Shown here in pieces: positions 27,041 through 41,516 of a stretch of DNA of 64,000 nucleotides. Position numbers and translations under genes: made by a program. The stretch is taken from positions 121,706,001 through 121,770,000 of the forward strand of contig NC_042997.1 in the NCBI RefSeq assembly GCF_006345805.1. Direction: 5' to 3'. Source of the DNA: Octopus sinensis (taxonomy: Eukaryota). The notes beneath the pieces were generated by a model. It saw nothing but the letters and a program-made list of their open reading frames with translations. It had not been told where the DNA came from and made no database searches. Within the stretch, counting starts at the first letter, position 1. Every line of letters starts with the position of its first letter.

Positions 27041-27364
27041 AATTAAGATATTTAACAAAAAAGTAGAGATGCAGAGCATTAGACGTACGCGATTAAACTA
27101 AGGTTTGCCTCAGTTCGCTAATGTAACGAAAATGAGAAACTTAATTGTGTTTCTCATTTCGGAAAGGCTATATTGTAGTGTATATTATCGTGAAAATGGA
27201 TTTAGAATTGGAATACAAGAACGACAAAAGAAACACTTAAAATGCTCTTGCAGTGTCTACATCCAAATTTAAGAAACCAAAAATTTGTATGGCATTGCTA
27301 CTAATTATCCCCATCTGATTTACAGCAGCTACTGTGTTTCTATATGTTGAGAGATGAGAAGGCG

Positions 27365-27590
27365 GCGAGCTGGCAGAAACGTTAGCACGCCGGGCGAAAT
27401 GACTAGTCGTATCTCGTCTGCCGTTACGTTCGGAGTTCAAATTCTGCGAAGGTCGACTTTGCCTTTCATCCTTTCGGGGTCGATAAATCAAGTACCAGTT
27501 ACGCACTGGGTCGATATAATCGACTTAATCCGTTTGTCTGTCCTTGTTTGTTCCCTCTGTGTTTAGCCCCTTGTGGGTAGTAAAAAAATA
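27365..27590 (+). mobile_element. SINE family A
   Basis: ggcgagctggcagaaacgttagcacgccgggcgaaa...gccccttgtgggtagtaaaaaaat. Confidence 0.85.
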
Positions 27591-28078
27591 TATGTTGAGA
27601 GATGAGATATAGAGGAATACTCAGACACAGACATGTTAAGTATATCGTGATGTAATTATTAGGTCTTTTTATGTCTCATTTTTAAGTTATTATACGTAAC
27701 TAAGTTGCGTTTATATAATTGTATATACTTTTTTAATTTCGCATATCAGTTATCATTTTGTTCTACTACACGTCGTTCTTCTAAGGCTCTGCTTAGCATT
27801 TTATGTTCTTTTATGTATGTATGAAATGGTATATGCTTGCTTTTGTGGTTACAGAAATTTCTGCTATTATAATCAATGTCACATTTTGAAACCGGCCGAG
27901 GTCACCTACGCCGTTTATTTTTCCGGAGTCGCTAATATATAGAATTAGTTCAGTATTAGATTATATATAATCACCTTAACCATCCCTCCACTAATAAGAA
28001 AATAAAAATGATGTATTGTTACTGTTAGAAGCTATCAAAAGAGGAGCATCGGTAGAATCAAGATACGTCGACGTTCGA

Positions 28079-28358
28079 GGTACTTGTATCGCAGAGTGGT
28101 CCCGGTTTGCGCACACGCGCAGACGCGCGTCCGCGCTAGCCAGACGTAGGCAGTCGATCCTACAAGCTGACTGGCGCATGCACGATATATACGTGTATAC
28201 GATATATACTTGTATATATCGTATACACGTATATATCGATACAAGTATATATCGTGCATGCGCCAGCCAGCTTGTAGGATCGACTGCCTACGTCTGGCTA
28301 GCGCGGACGCGCGTCTGCGCGTGTGTGCAAACCGGGACCACTCTGCGATACAAGTACC
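28079..28358. mobile_element. Non-autonomous Mutator/foldback-type element with 9-bp TSD GACGTTCGA
   Basis: GGTAC...GTACC termini, ~114-bp TIRs with two mismatches by my reading, and direct repeat GACGTTCGA at 28070-28078 and 28359-28367. Confidence 0.88.
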
Positions 28359-29254
28359 GACGTTCGACTCCAAGGATTTTGAGATCAAATACATTTGAAG
28401 TCAAATTTGACTTTAAAATACTTGGGGCTTACAAATTAATGTACTGGTTAAGGTCCAGTGTAGATTTAATCGGCAAGCCTTTCTTAAAAATATTTATAAC
28501 TTGTGTCTATATAAGAAGCACTTATTAATTCCATTAAAAATTGGTTAGCAGGATCGTTAGAACATCAGAAAAAATCAAAATGCGGGTATTTTTCCGTTCT
28601 GGAATCATATCCTTGAGAGGTTAAATTCCCATCTCATCATAGCAGTGAACTGTAGACATCGATTTAACATCAGCCCCAGAACTTCAGATTTATACATGTT
28701 AGAAACCTTTCGACGGCTGTTGATTAGCTGCAGCGTCGGACAAAATATTTCATGAAATTCCAGTTTTTTACGTTCTGGGTTCAAATATCGGTAACGTCGA
28801 CTTCCTCCTTCAAGGTTCAGTAAGATAAAATACCAGTTAAGCAGTGCCATCAACACAGTTAACTAACACCTTCCTTAAATTGCTGTGCTTGTACTTTGTT
28901 TTCAAATTACCAATGGTAGTAGTATGACAAAATTCTTACAATGCCAGATAATGTCTTTTGCGTTAGTTCGTTGCCTAACTTAATTCTCTAAGTCGACAAC
29001 CATCGTGGTCAACTTCATTTGTTTTCGACACACACACACACACACACACACATATAAAAAAATTAGAATGACTGACGAATAAGAAATTATCTCATGGTCT
29101 TACAATTTCTTATTCTTTTGTCATTCTAACTTCGTATTACTACTCTGTACTCGAAAGAGTTTTGTTCTGAAGCTTATGTATATTCTATCAACAGGTTAGT
29201 AGTATCACTACACGTAATTGAAATAATAATAATGGTAATCTTTTCTACTGGAAG

Positions 29255-29622
29255 CACAAGGGCCTCAAATTTTGGGGAAGGGATTAAGTCGATTGCATCG
29301 ACACCAGTGCGCAGCTAGTACTTTTTTTCATCGACCCCGAAAGGAAGAAAAGCAAAGTCGACTCCGGCGGAATTTGAACTCAGAACGTAGCGACCTGCGA
29401 AATACCTATTTCCTTTACTACCCACAAGGGGCTAAACACAGAGGGGACAAACAAGGAGAAACAAACGGGTTAAATCGATTATATTAACCCCAGTGCATAA
29501 CTGGTACTTATTTAATCGACCCCGAAAGGATGAAAGGCAAAGTCGACACTTGGGGAATTTGAACTCAGAACGTAGGGACCTGCGAAATACTATTAAGCAT
29601 TGCGTCCGGTGTGTTAACAACA
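29255..29622 (-). mobile_element. SINE family A, dimeric arrangement
   Basis: Reverse complement of the family A body appears twice (aaagtcgac...gaatttgaactcagaacgtag). Confidence 0.8.
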
Positions 29623-30184
29623 GTAATAATATATATATGTATATTGTATGAGTAAATCTATTTTAGTCTAGCACTATACCATATAACTGTCACCAGTTCC
29701 GAAATCTTATTGATCGAATGTTAGAAGATATTATTTTTATTGATTTTCTTTGTGGAGTTCATATTATTTTAGGAATGACAACGAACGTTAACTTTTCTAA
29801 AATTCTAAGTATAATTAAAATTGTTATTTTAATCACCGCTATATGATTGGCGCTGTTTTGTTTTAATTTTCCGCAACATTTAGACCTGGCTTTGCCTAGT
29901 CTTCCGCTTCTCTGTTACCTCGCTTCTGTTTATCTTTAATTAGATACGCTTGCTATATTAATAAGAATAACACAGCTACGTTTTCATTGGCGAGGATCTC
30001 TAACTCTATCCATTGAGTTGTGTGTTCAAATACGAAATGCTTTGTTAATGTCAGTGAACGCTTTGCTAATGTCAGCGCTAAAATGAACCTAAAACTCTAG
30101 CATTACTCTGTTAACATTGTGGAATTCAAATTCAGTTTATTTATTTAGCGACATCATTCTTAGCAAGTGAAGTCACATGACTAA

Positions 30185-30420
30185 AAGGTTCGGGGTATTC
30201 GGTTCAGTATCGTAAGGTCGTGAATTCGATAACCGGCAGCTTGTTGTATCCTTGAGCAATATTCTTTATTGCACATTGCTTCATTCAATGCAGGTGACAA
30301 AAATGAGGAGTGCCTGTAATTGAAAGGGCCAGCTTTATCACATATTGTGTCACCCTGAATCTTCCTGCGAGATAGACGTTGCATGGTTTTGCGCCGCCCT
30401 TGGGCTTCGAAGATAAAATA
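30185..30420 (+). mobile_element. SINE family C, diverged
   Basis: ggggtattcggttcagtatcgtaaggtcgtgaattcgat...ttgtatccttgagcaa...tgtgtcaccctgaatcttcctg. Confidence 0.6.
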
Positions 30421-30589
30421 TCCATCCTCCAAACTACAAAAATTCAACAACAAAACTGGAAAGGGTGGGGGGCTTGAAATAATTATTCAAGTAGCTCCTA
30501 TCCACCTCAAAGAAATTGTTGGGTGTGGTCTCCAGGGAGGAGAGGAACCAAGTTACGTGTAATGGAAAAGTGGAGGAAGCCTTTCTGTT

Positions 30590-30922
30590 TCAAATGCAGA
30601 GAGAAAGGGCATGTTAGAGCAGAGTGCACTCCTCACCCCACGCAAACTCCAGAACCCCCAACTACAACCGACAGCTCTTCAATATCCTCCCTAAATGCCT
30701 GAGAGACCTGCATGGTGTGGATGTGGGTTTCTTTAAAACTAAACTGGATCTCTTCTTGTCAGGGGTTCCAGAAGAACCTACCGATCGGCAGGAAACACAG
30801 ATGCGGCGTCGAATTCCCTTGTTGACCAAGTGATACGTATCAGAGGGGGTTTCACATACTAGTGTAGCACAATCAACGGTGGTGCCCCAGCATGACCGCA
30901 GCTTTCGGGCTGAAACATCTTT
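30590..30922 (+). mobile_element. CR1-type LINE 3' fragment
   Basis: RQLFNILPKCLRDLHGVDVGFFKTKLDLFLSGVPEEP plus the tail ggtgccccagcatgaccgcagctttcgggctgaaac. Confidence 0.8.
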
Positions 30923-30939
30923 AAGGATGTAAGTCTATG

Positions 30940-30976
<37 letters not shown>

Positions 30977-31649
30977 TGATCGCCGCTTAATTTCATCTTC
31001 AATAAACATCACATCAGTTTAGCTTATATGTATTTATAGCAAACGCGTTTTATTGAGGTTATGGGAATTTGAGCGTATGTATCATCAAGACACTATTTAT
31101 AGAGGAAAGGAGAGGTCTACGATGGTGGAAACCAGCTGCGAATAGATATTCACGTTTGAATCTGGCTCAACTTATTGAGAACGAATTGATATATCATAAT
31201 TCTGATTCTCGCCCTACTGTGTGCATCTCGCAAATGTTCCTTATTAATTCTCTGAATGGGGATCAATCTCAAGCTGCACGGGAATGACAAGCTTTGAGCC
31301 ACTATTAGAAAGAATCATTATTTATCATTTTTATTACGATTTTTGAGTCAGTGAAATGACCAAATCCTTAACATTTCGGATAAAATGATTAGCGTCATTT
31401 CCTTCATCTCTTTACGTTCTGAATCCCAAATCTGTCGAGGTCAACTGTAACTTCCATCCTTTCGGAGTCGATAAAATAAGTCCCCTTTAAGTATTTAGGT
31501 CAATGTATTTAGTTAACGATTTCTTAAAAAACTGCTGGTTTTGTTCGAAAATTAGTTACCATTATTAGCATTTATTATTACTATCATTATTCGATATCTA
31601 TTTCATGCATATTTTAATTAGATGTGTTATCCCTAGGTTTAATGAAAAT

Positions 31650-32584
31650 GTATCTTAACACCTCAAAAATCTTGTCTTGAAGAAGACAAGATGACAATTT
31701 CTCCTATTCTGTAGGAATTTGTAAGTTCTAGTGACTGTACCTTTTCAGGGACAATTTTTCTATTTGTGTTCCACAGTTTCTTCATCTCTCTGGCTACTTT
31801 TTGATACTCCTCAATAACTCAGTTTATCTCATTTCATCTCTGCTGTCTTACAGCAATAAAACCTATGATCATAAAGTTGTTTTTGTTTCTGTTCTCTAAG
31901 ATTATACATGGTCGCTTTCTTTTAAGGTTATAAGTAGCCTGAAATGGTAAATCCTATAAAATCCATTAACTTCCACAGCCTCTTGTTCATGTTGTATGTT
32001 ACTTCAAATTCGCAGATATGGTTACCTTCCACTACTCTCTTTTACCAAAGTAATCATGCTCACACTTGTACTCATATTGTGCTAGCTTAATTCTCTCGCT
32101 AACGAGTAGGCGTTAACGCTTTCATTCCTTTACTATACATTCTACGTTTCCGGCATAATGAACGGCTATAATTAACTACTCGGTTTTTGTTCCATTGTTC
32201 ACTCTCTAGGTTTGTTTCATGAATAGGCCATGCAATATCTCTGTCCACTTTGTTCTTCTTTCTGATCTACTGTATCAATAACTTCTGCAGTATTTCTAGT
32301 CTCAGTCTGCAAAATATAACGTAGATTTTCTAACCTCAAAGAAGATATCTTCTACGTTCAACAAATGTCTGACTCCTTTCTTTCTTGGTAAATAGACTCT
32401 CTTTACTTGTTTCAGTCATTTGACTGTGGCCATGCTGGAGCACTGCCTTTAGTCAAGCAAATCGACTCCAAGACTTATTATTTGTAAGCCTAATACTTAT
32501 TCTATCGCTCACTTATGCCGAACCGCTAAGTTACGGGGACGTAAACACACTAGCATCGGTTGTCAAGCGATGTTGAGGGAACAG

Positions 32585-32627
<43 letters not shown>

Positions 32628-33180
32628 GATATATATATATATACATACATATACATACATATATACGACATTTCGCTTTCAGTTTCCGTTTACCAAATCC
32701 ACTCACAAGGATTTGGTCGGCCCGAGGCCATAGTAGAAGACACTTGTCCAAGGTGTCACGCAGTGGGACTGAACCCGGAACTATGTGGTTGGTAAGAAAG
32801 CTACTTACCACACAGCCACTCCTACGCCTATGTCAATATTTCATTCAGGTTGTTGTGTATTACGCATCCGGAGCTACTTCGTATTCCTTTATCCAATTAC
32901 TGTAAATGTAACTTTTTATTTCTTAAAAAAGGGAGACATGACTCCGGCACTGATTACCTTGATGATATTACACCAACTTAAGTTCATTTGAAGAACTTTC
33001 CTAAGAGTTGTTGTCTTTGCATAACTTTCTTTTCGTTTCTTTTCCCATTAACCTTTCAGTATGCAGTACCTCCAGGCACTTGTTTCGTTCTTTTCCATTG
33101 ATCTAATAACAGCCTCTTGTAGTATGTTTATCCCTACAAAAGTAGAATCTTGACCTTTCTTCATATCAAATACTGTACAC
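31650..33180 (-). mobile_element. Highly decayed R4/Dong-type non-LTR retrotransposon, interrupted by a family B SINE
   Basis: Hand translation gives RKVLQMNLSWCNIIKVISA (cf. R4-type post-RT RKILKSKLNGGNLIKAIN) and EEYQKVAREMKKLWNTNRKIVP (cf. the RLE KY..L..E...LW...VP motif); many stops. Confidence 0.5.
32395..32830 (-). mobile_element. tRNA-derived SINE, family B, with an internal microsatellite
   Basis: Minus-strand head ggctgtgtggtaagtagc...ccgggttcagtccc, internal (TA)/(CA) tract, and 3' tail gtgctccagcatggccacagtcaaatgactgaaacaagt. Confidence 0.85.
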
Positions 33181-35020
33181 TTCTTCCTCTAAATTACTGA
33201 CTACTTTGCTTGTTAATTATTCTTACGGTTTGAACAAGAGAATCCGATTCATTCCCATTTCGGCGTTTATGTTCATCCATATAATGCAGATGTTTATTTT
33301 CTCTTTTATCGTAGCAACCTCATCTACAGATTTAAATGTTCAGTATACTTTTGAAAGGGATCGACACAAATGTACAACACAAAGCCTTGTGCCTATAACA
33401 GAAAATATTGCTATTGTAATTATTATCATCTTAGATGTTTGTAATGTTGCTATTATATAAGGGAGGATCATGAGAAGCTAGTCGTCAGAAATATTTTGCA
33501 GTATGTACTTCCACCGCTTTAAACGCTGTATTTTTTTTAAAAAAAAGAAGAAAAAAAAGAGCGTATAGTGACACTTTAATTTGTTAAAATAACAGTGCGG
33601 CGATTTTCATCTAATGTACACACTCTCCAGATAGTATAACGATGTTAAATATTAGAAATTTATAATTTTCCGTTAATCGATTTTTACAGAAAGCGGCATT
33701 ACAATATTTAAACAGATTTCAACACTTCGAAAATTGTTTAATTAACTTACTTGTCTGTAAACATTATTAGAAGGGTGTAAACAAACGAAGACAACAAAAA
33801 TTTTCGTTATCAAAATGTTTTATTGTGTATAAACTCAACAGATCAGTAACGTGCTCAAAATATACAAGTGACATTTGTTGTAGATGCACTCACCTTTCAC
33901 ATTATATATATGTATATATATATATATATAAGTATATATATATACGTATATATATATATGTATAGATGTGTGTGTAAGTATATATTTATGTATTACATGT
34001 TATCCAATCAGTTTTTCCCAGTACAAATAAGTTACAATAGATTTGATAGATCAATCAATAAATCGAAGATACCGTGTTTCACGCACGCCGTTCAATATTT
34101 GACATGATCTTTCAGCGGAGATATCAGTGTGAGGGCCGGAACAATATCCATTGAAAACTATAGCACTCATTAGCAAGAACAAAAAAGAAAAACAAAGATC
34201 GTTTACAGAAATAAGATAAAAATGGAAATATAAGATTTTTAATAAATTAAAAAAGAATGTTTCTGATCAGACTTACTAGGATAAGACGTTAACGCAAAAT
34301 CATGAGAATTTACGTTTACCAAAATATAAATAAATAATAATAAAAACCGAAAAATCAGCGCGTTAGTAACATCCATCGTTCTCACCTTCAGTCACATGAT
34401 CAATATAACCATCACCGTCAGCAATTGTATTTCTTCTTCTTATTATTATTATTATTACTATTATTATTATTATCATCATCAACAACGATGTAATGCTGAC
34501 AGAGAAAATATTAAGGATATTCATTACGGCTAGGATATTTTAATCAATGGTAGCAATAACAATAACAACAACAACAAATAATAATGGTAAATGACTAATA
34601 ACAATAACAAATAATAATAATAAACAAATGATTAACAATACAAACTTTTTTTTATAAAAAACCGCGTTAAACAAATCACTGGTAATGCAGCATTAACGTT
34701 AAGATATTACAACATCAGCGAAGAATCAAGAATGTTCATAGCAAAAATAATGTGATACACATATACGAATAAACATGTGCTTATATAAGCCTAAGTATCG
34801 TAAATATTAGAGGTTCGTGTTGTTCTTTCAAATTTGCTCTTGCTCTGAAACCAAACTGCAAAGGTTATAAGTTTTCCGATGATAATATAGCTAGCGTCTA
34901 GATCGAAGACACAATCATTCATTCGTGCGAAAGCATTTATCAGTGGACAAACCATAAACACTATATTGAATCAATGCATCAAAACAGGTAAATTGAAAGA
35001 TATATATATATATATATATA

Positions 35021-35202
35021 TGAGGTGTAATCTCCATGTCCTTTGAAGTAATATGTTTATATTTCTTTAAAATCGGCCGAAATTGATTGTCAGTATTTAA
35101 CGGGAAGACTTCATATAGGTTATTCCATCTGATTATATCAAATGATAAGTGACAATTTTATATCGCATGCACGTTTTTGTTTAAACATAATCACATCGGT
35201 CC

Positions 35203-35239
<37 letters not shown>

Positions 35240-35417
35240 GTGTAATCTCCATGTCCTTTGAAGTAATATGTTTATATTTCTTTAAAATCGGCCGAAATTG
35301 ATTGTCAGTATTTAACGGGAAGACTTCATATAGGTTATTCCATCTGATTATATCAAATGATAAGTGACAATTTTATATCGCATGCACGTTTTTGTTTAAA
35401 CATAATCACATCGGTCC

Positions 35418-35420
<3 letters not shown>
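35021..35420 (+). repeat. Exact tandem duplication, period 215 bp, bounded by (TA)n
   Basis: tgaggtgtaatctccatgtcc...cacatcggtccatg occurs at 35021 and 35236 with no differences seen. Confidence 0.93.
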
Positions 35421-35465
<45 letters not shown>

Positions 35466-36856
35466 TATATGTTACACATGGATGTATATGTATGCATGAT
35501 ATTTCCCAACAATACCTGTTTTCATATTCCATTCTGAAAAGCAAATAGGTGTAAATATGCGTTTTCACTCGAAATAGTGATTTTGATTCTTGTATTCTTT
35601 CCTAAATCAGACCAGATGTTCGATACCCAAAGGCACGTTTCAAAATGTAATTTGCAGCAAGAAAAATCATTCCTGTTTACAAACCACTCTGTTCCTTCTT
35701 TCATTCATCTGCCTGATATCACATAACAGGTGCCTGAAAGAATATTTACGGTACGACGAGCTTTCAATCATTTCACCAAGATCAGAGAGCGCATAAGTTG
35801 CTTGGCGATTTACCTCCATTTGCAACTAACTAGCTAAGAAAAAAAAAGGGAAACTTTTCGAAAAAAATGTCCTTAAACTAATCTTTCCGACTAATTGAAT
35901 TGTTGCGTATTGACTAAAGCGAAATCTGTAACATAAGTGAAATGATAATCGCATCAAGAACGTACCGCAAGGTTGAAACAAATGATTCTGCAAGAATGGG
36001 TTCCCTTTAGCATCGGTTGCTATGGCAAAGACATTTTAGAAAAGCCTTCGTTTGCAAACTTGCTGATAAGGAAACTACTCTGATGAAGAAATAAACGACA
36101 AAATATATTTAAACCTTTTTGCAATTTATATATTTGGAAAAGAATGACACTTAAACTCAACCACACTCACCCTCATATTCAGATAATAGTGTTCATACAG
36201 AAGCACCGATATGAATGTTATACATATTTGCTTGAATATAGGTAGATGCAAATGGTGCATAGTACAAGTAGATGAGATTGGTGAATACTTAATTCAACTG
36301 GAAGTTTTGCAAATTTTCGGCTTGAATAGGACATGGAGATATATTCCTCAAAAGCGAACAGTTCGACTTAATATTGAAATATATGTATCCCGAATGTGTA
36401 AATATTGGCGTTTAAATTGTGGTTTAAAGTATTTATAGATAACATGACAGAAAATAATGAAGAATACATATACCCTGTTGTCTTCTTTCAATATTATGAG
36501 GAAAACATAAAATAACTTTTAGATTCGGCGTTACTAAACGTTTTCCAATACAGTTCGATAAAATCATTTCCTGGTAAACGTTTACAGACTATATGTAGCA
36601 GAAGACAAGAATACGTTGCGCAAACTGAAGAAAATACATCGTAGTGCTGAAGCTATTGATAACACTAAATATAAATAATTTGTACTTTAGGTACTATTAT
36701 TATAATTATTGGTCTGCATTGATACGAAATCATATCTTCAAATTATAAAATATATTTGCAGTTATTTTCCAGCATGGATATTTCAACTGACAATAAAATT
36801 TCCTGAACGTATTGGCGTTAGTTAAAAATATCTATACATATTTTGTATAGATATTT

Positions 36857-36890
<34 letters not shown>

Positions 36891-37279
36891 TCGTAGTATG
36901 AGATGTATATATCTATAACCTACAAACAGACTTCAGAATTACTATCTATCTACCATAACAATAAGTTATCGGAGATGTGAATGGAAAGAAAAACATGTCG
37001 AAAGAATAATAACAAAGACAGTATAGAAAAATATTAGAATCACTAGAAACGCAGAGCGATAAGCATCTTAGTAAGTAACATATACAGAGTTTACTACTAA
37101 ATATTTGGTTGTAGAAACGCTTTCTTTTGTGTGCATTCATGTTGTTTTACCATGATTCGAAAAGAATATTTCACAGCACCTGCTCTTTTCCGAAAATGAA
37201 AGAAAGGATATTTGCATCAATAAATATTTAAGTGTTAGTTTTATTTGAACATGAAACCGCTGCTTTGATGTTTCCCAGC

Positions 37280-37288
37280 GAAAACTTA

Positions 37289-37324
<36 letters not shown>

Positions 37325-37468
37325 CATAAATAAATATGTGTATGTGTCTGCGTATGTGTATATATATATATGTATATCTGTATATATATGTATATATATA
37401 TGTGTATATATGTATATACGTGTGTGCGCGTTTCTGTGTTTATGGATACACATGTTTATAAACAAATG

Positions 37469-37511
<43 letters not shown>

Positions 37512-37549
37512 GGTATATATACATCGAGATATCATTGTATATTCATTCC

Positions 37550-37580
<31 letters not shown>

Positions 37581-38275
37581 GGTATATATACATCGAGATA
37601 TCATTGTATGTTCATTCCATATATATATGCATATATATCTCTTATATACATACTTTTATAGAAGAATATATCGTTTGTATATTATGAACAGCATGCAAAA
37701 ATAATTCTTTCTTTCTCTAATTCATAAGCAGTGTTACTACAGTGGGGATGTTTTACTTGAATACATATTTCTCGAAAGCGTAAATTCCTAAAGGACATTT
37801 ATTTCCATTCTACTTGTGACAAATACCTCTAATATTTTAGCGTGCAATTTTCTTCGTACAAAACAATCTATAAAATTTTGATCACCGAAGGACAATATAG
37901 GTTTAACACATTATAGGAATTAATTTTTTCCAGGGAAATGACTGTCGGTTATCAAGAAACCATTTACGATGCATTGATTCCTGTGACAAACCAATGTTTT
38001 AACTAACGACTGAATTTTCTGCAAAACATAGATTTAAAAGTGCTTTGTGAGACCATCTCTCTTTAAAATTTGCACTTGTATTTCATCAGACTTGTTATAA
38101 ATACACGCATATACACTCACACTGACACATACAAACACACGCAGGCAAATATTTCTTTTATTCTCTTCACAATCGCAACAAGCCAAAGAATTTATATAAA
38201 ATATTATTTCCACATTTCTTTACTGTAAATTCTTGATTCAATAGTGCGATATTAATCGATTTAATTAACATCTGC

Positions 38276-38322
<47 letters not shown>

Positions 38323-38679
38323 ACATAAATATTGAAATGTTATCTGAACAGTAGGAATGATAATAATGCAATTAAAGTAATTTCGTTCCTGGAAAGAGAA
38401 TAAATAATTAAACAAGTATCAAACCACGCAAATGAGCGAGAAAACAGTATCTGCGCCATTGTGATGTTCGGAAAAAAATACATTTTGGCCACTCTCCACT
38501 TATGTCCCGCCAAACTCTCATTAGGAACACACACATCTAAAACACATTTCATATATGAATATGTATATGTATGTAGCCCATTATACATGAATATATATGC
38601 GTATATATATACATGTATATATTCATATACATAAATGTACATATATATATATATACATGTATATATTCATATACATAAA

Positions 38680-38729
<50 letters not shown>

Positions 38730-38926
38730 CACATGTATATATTCATATACATAGATGTACATATATATATATATATATACATGTATATATATAATCATAT
38801 ATGCACATATATCCATATACTTTTATATATATACACACACATATTTATATATATACACACACATATATATATATATATATATACATATATATATTCATAT
38901 TACATATACATGTTTTTATATATACA

Positions 38927-38983
<57 letters not shown>

Positions 38984-39000
38984 ATGTATGCAAATTCGCT
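37280..39000. repeat. TA-rich micro/minisatellite clusters (60-bp duplicate at ~37500-37620; ~45-60-bp units at 38600-38790)
   Basis: Direct reading. Confidence 0.85.
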
Positions 39001-39646
39001 AATACGTTATAAAATGGATGTACATACAAACATTTATACATATGAAATATATGTACATGAATGTATCGGTAATTATATATGCAATAAAAATTATAGGAAC
39101 ATTATACACACTGCAACAAGCTGGGACATATGTTGAGCTTAAACACAATCGCGTTATCCAAAAAAAAAAAAAACTAGAAAGGAATAGCAAAAACATTCAT
39201 CTGCATCAAATAGTTTAGACTATGGAGAAAAACAATGGAAAACTAAACATTTATAAATTAGTGAATAATGAAACAATAATAATATTCATTTGCAAACAAG
39301 AACATCTATCTTTCAAACAATTAACACTATGTTTTCCTTTTTGTCTTCACAATTAAATATCGTTGGTTCATCAAAGAATTATCCTCATAAAAGAAAAAAA
39401 AAAGATATTTATGGCAATATTTGCCATGTAACCGTTTGAGGATTTCTCACACACCCACATATGTGAAAGCATCAATACACGAATCGACATCGCACAAAAA
39501 AAAACTGATCTTCAAGTCTTCATTCAGCATGTATATATATATATATATGCATATATATATATATATGTATATATGTGTGTTATTGTGAATGTGTGATGAT
39601 ATATCGTATATACATATATCATATATATATATATATATACATACAG

Positions 39647-39709
<63 letters not shown>

Positions 39710-41474
39710 AGTCGTAAAATTTTGGTAGAAACAGTGTTATTGAATAATATCCCAGAATTTGATACCTTCATCCATTGACTGTATCGTATGTTGAGTCTTT
39801 ATAATATTTGATCACCACTTTCGTTACCAACATCTTCAACGATATTATCAGAATGATGACAGTTCTTTTCCTTGTTTATTTTTATTTATATTATTTTAAT
39901 TGTCACTTATTTCTCTCTTCAGTTTGCAAAGCAACCATCCATATTTGCATATTTTTCACCGTTTACAATGTCTATGAAGGATGATGTTGCCAGCATAGTT
40001 TATGTGTAAAAGTTTCATAACAACCAGAACAAAGATAATAGAAAAATGCATGAAAAGTCAGTAAAAGAGTATTAAGTGACAATTTCCAACAATATTTTAC
40101 TGGATTTGATAATCCGGCATAGTTCAGTGATATTGTTTATTTTTATGAAAAGATCGAGTTATGAAATTTCTTCTTGGATTTTACCTCAAAGAGGTTTTTA
40201 TATCTTGACAATGAAAATCCTTCGTATATCAGTAGTACCTCGTTGATCCATGCTATGGCATCTGTACAGTCGGGTTTTGAATATAATGTCAGTTTTTATT
40301 AATAAAATTGTCAAGCAGTTACACCAGTCATTCAGCCGAAACCTTCCATTCCGTCTCGGTCTCTCTCATCCTCTCTTCGATAACAAATTTTCTGCACTTT
40401 ATAAAAATGACAATAAGTGAAAACACAAATACGATATATTTTTCCATTCTCTAATGTACTTCGTTTTCGATGTGAAATGGATTGGAATTGTATTTTCAAT
40501 TTCATGTTCGTATCTTGATTATATATAGTATTTTTGTCACTCATTTCAGTTACAGTTGTAAATTCTAACAGCTAGATCATTTTATAAACGAACGAAACAG
40601 AAATCATATATATATATATATATATCTCTCCTATTTCTAGTAAGTAATCATATCAAGGAAGATTATATTAATATTGTTTGATTTATGACTAAAACACCTC
40701 ATTTTGCACTTTTCCGCAATTATGGTATCAAAAGTATATCTTTCTCAACAAAAGTATGCGAACCTCTGCAAATATTCTGTATTCAAAATGTATGAAATCA
40801 AGATCCAACCGATATAAAAAAAAATGTGATTTCTGCTATAGAATCCTACATTTTCGAATTGAATTTACTATAGTAATTTAGATTCATATTTATGCAGGAG
40901 ATTATAAAATGAAATTTATATTGCTAGATTGATATATCTTGAATATTTACAGTAGTCGACATATACGTATACATCCGTCTACATACATATTGTTTGATTG
41001 TGGAAGGTGTCAGGTTTTAGACATACTACCTATCTCTCTACGCATCGACTTAACCATTAAATAAACTAGCTACAGATAAATATATATTACACGATACAAC
41101 CTCATCACATGTCCTATAATGAAAGAAACCTTACAAATGTGAACGAAAGTAACTGGGAAAGATTATTTTACTTAGATAATAATTTTAGAAAGTTGTTTCT
41201 CTGTTGATTTCATAGGAATCGTGAAGGCTTCTATAAAGTACTTCAATATGTAAAGCATGCTTAGCAGGAGTTAAAAAGTATTCGATTTCAAATCAGAACC
41301 TCATTGATACGGGAATTGCAGAACTGTTTCAATGTTTGGAGGCGTTCAATCCCTGTATATAGTCACAGAGGAAGCGACGATATTTTTGGATGAAAGAGAA
41401 AACTTCAAAAGGTTTATATAGGTCTACCAATCCATTTATCAATCTATCTCCATCTGTACACACACACACACACA

Positions 41475-41516
<42 letters not shown>

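Noticed and set aside
28016-28528. 170-aa and 119-aa ORFs on opposite strands with near-identical peptides
   Set aside because: A by-product of the palindromic foldback element, not genes.
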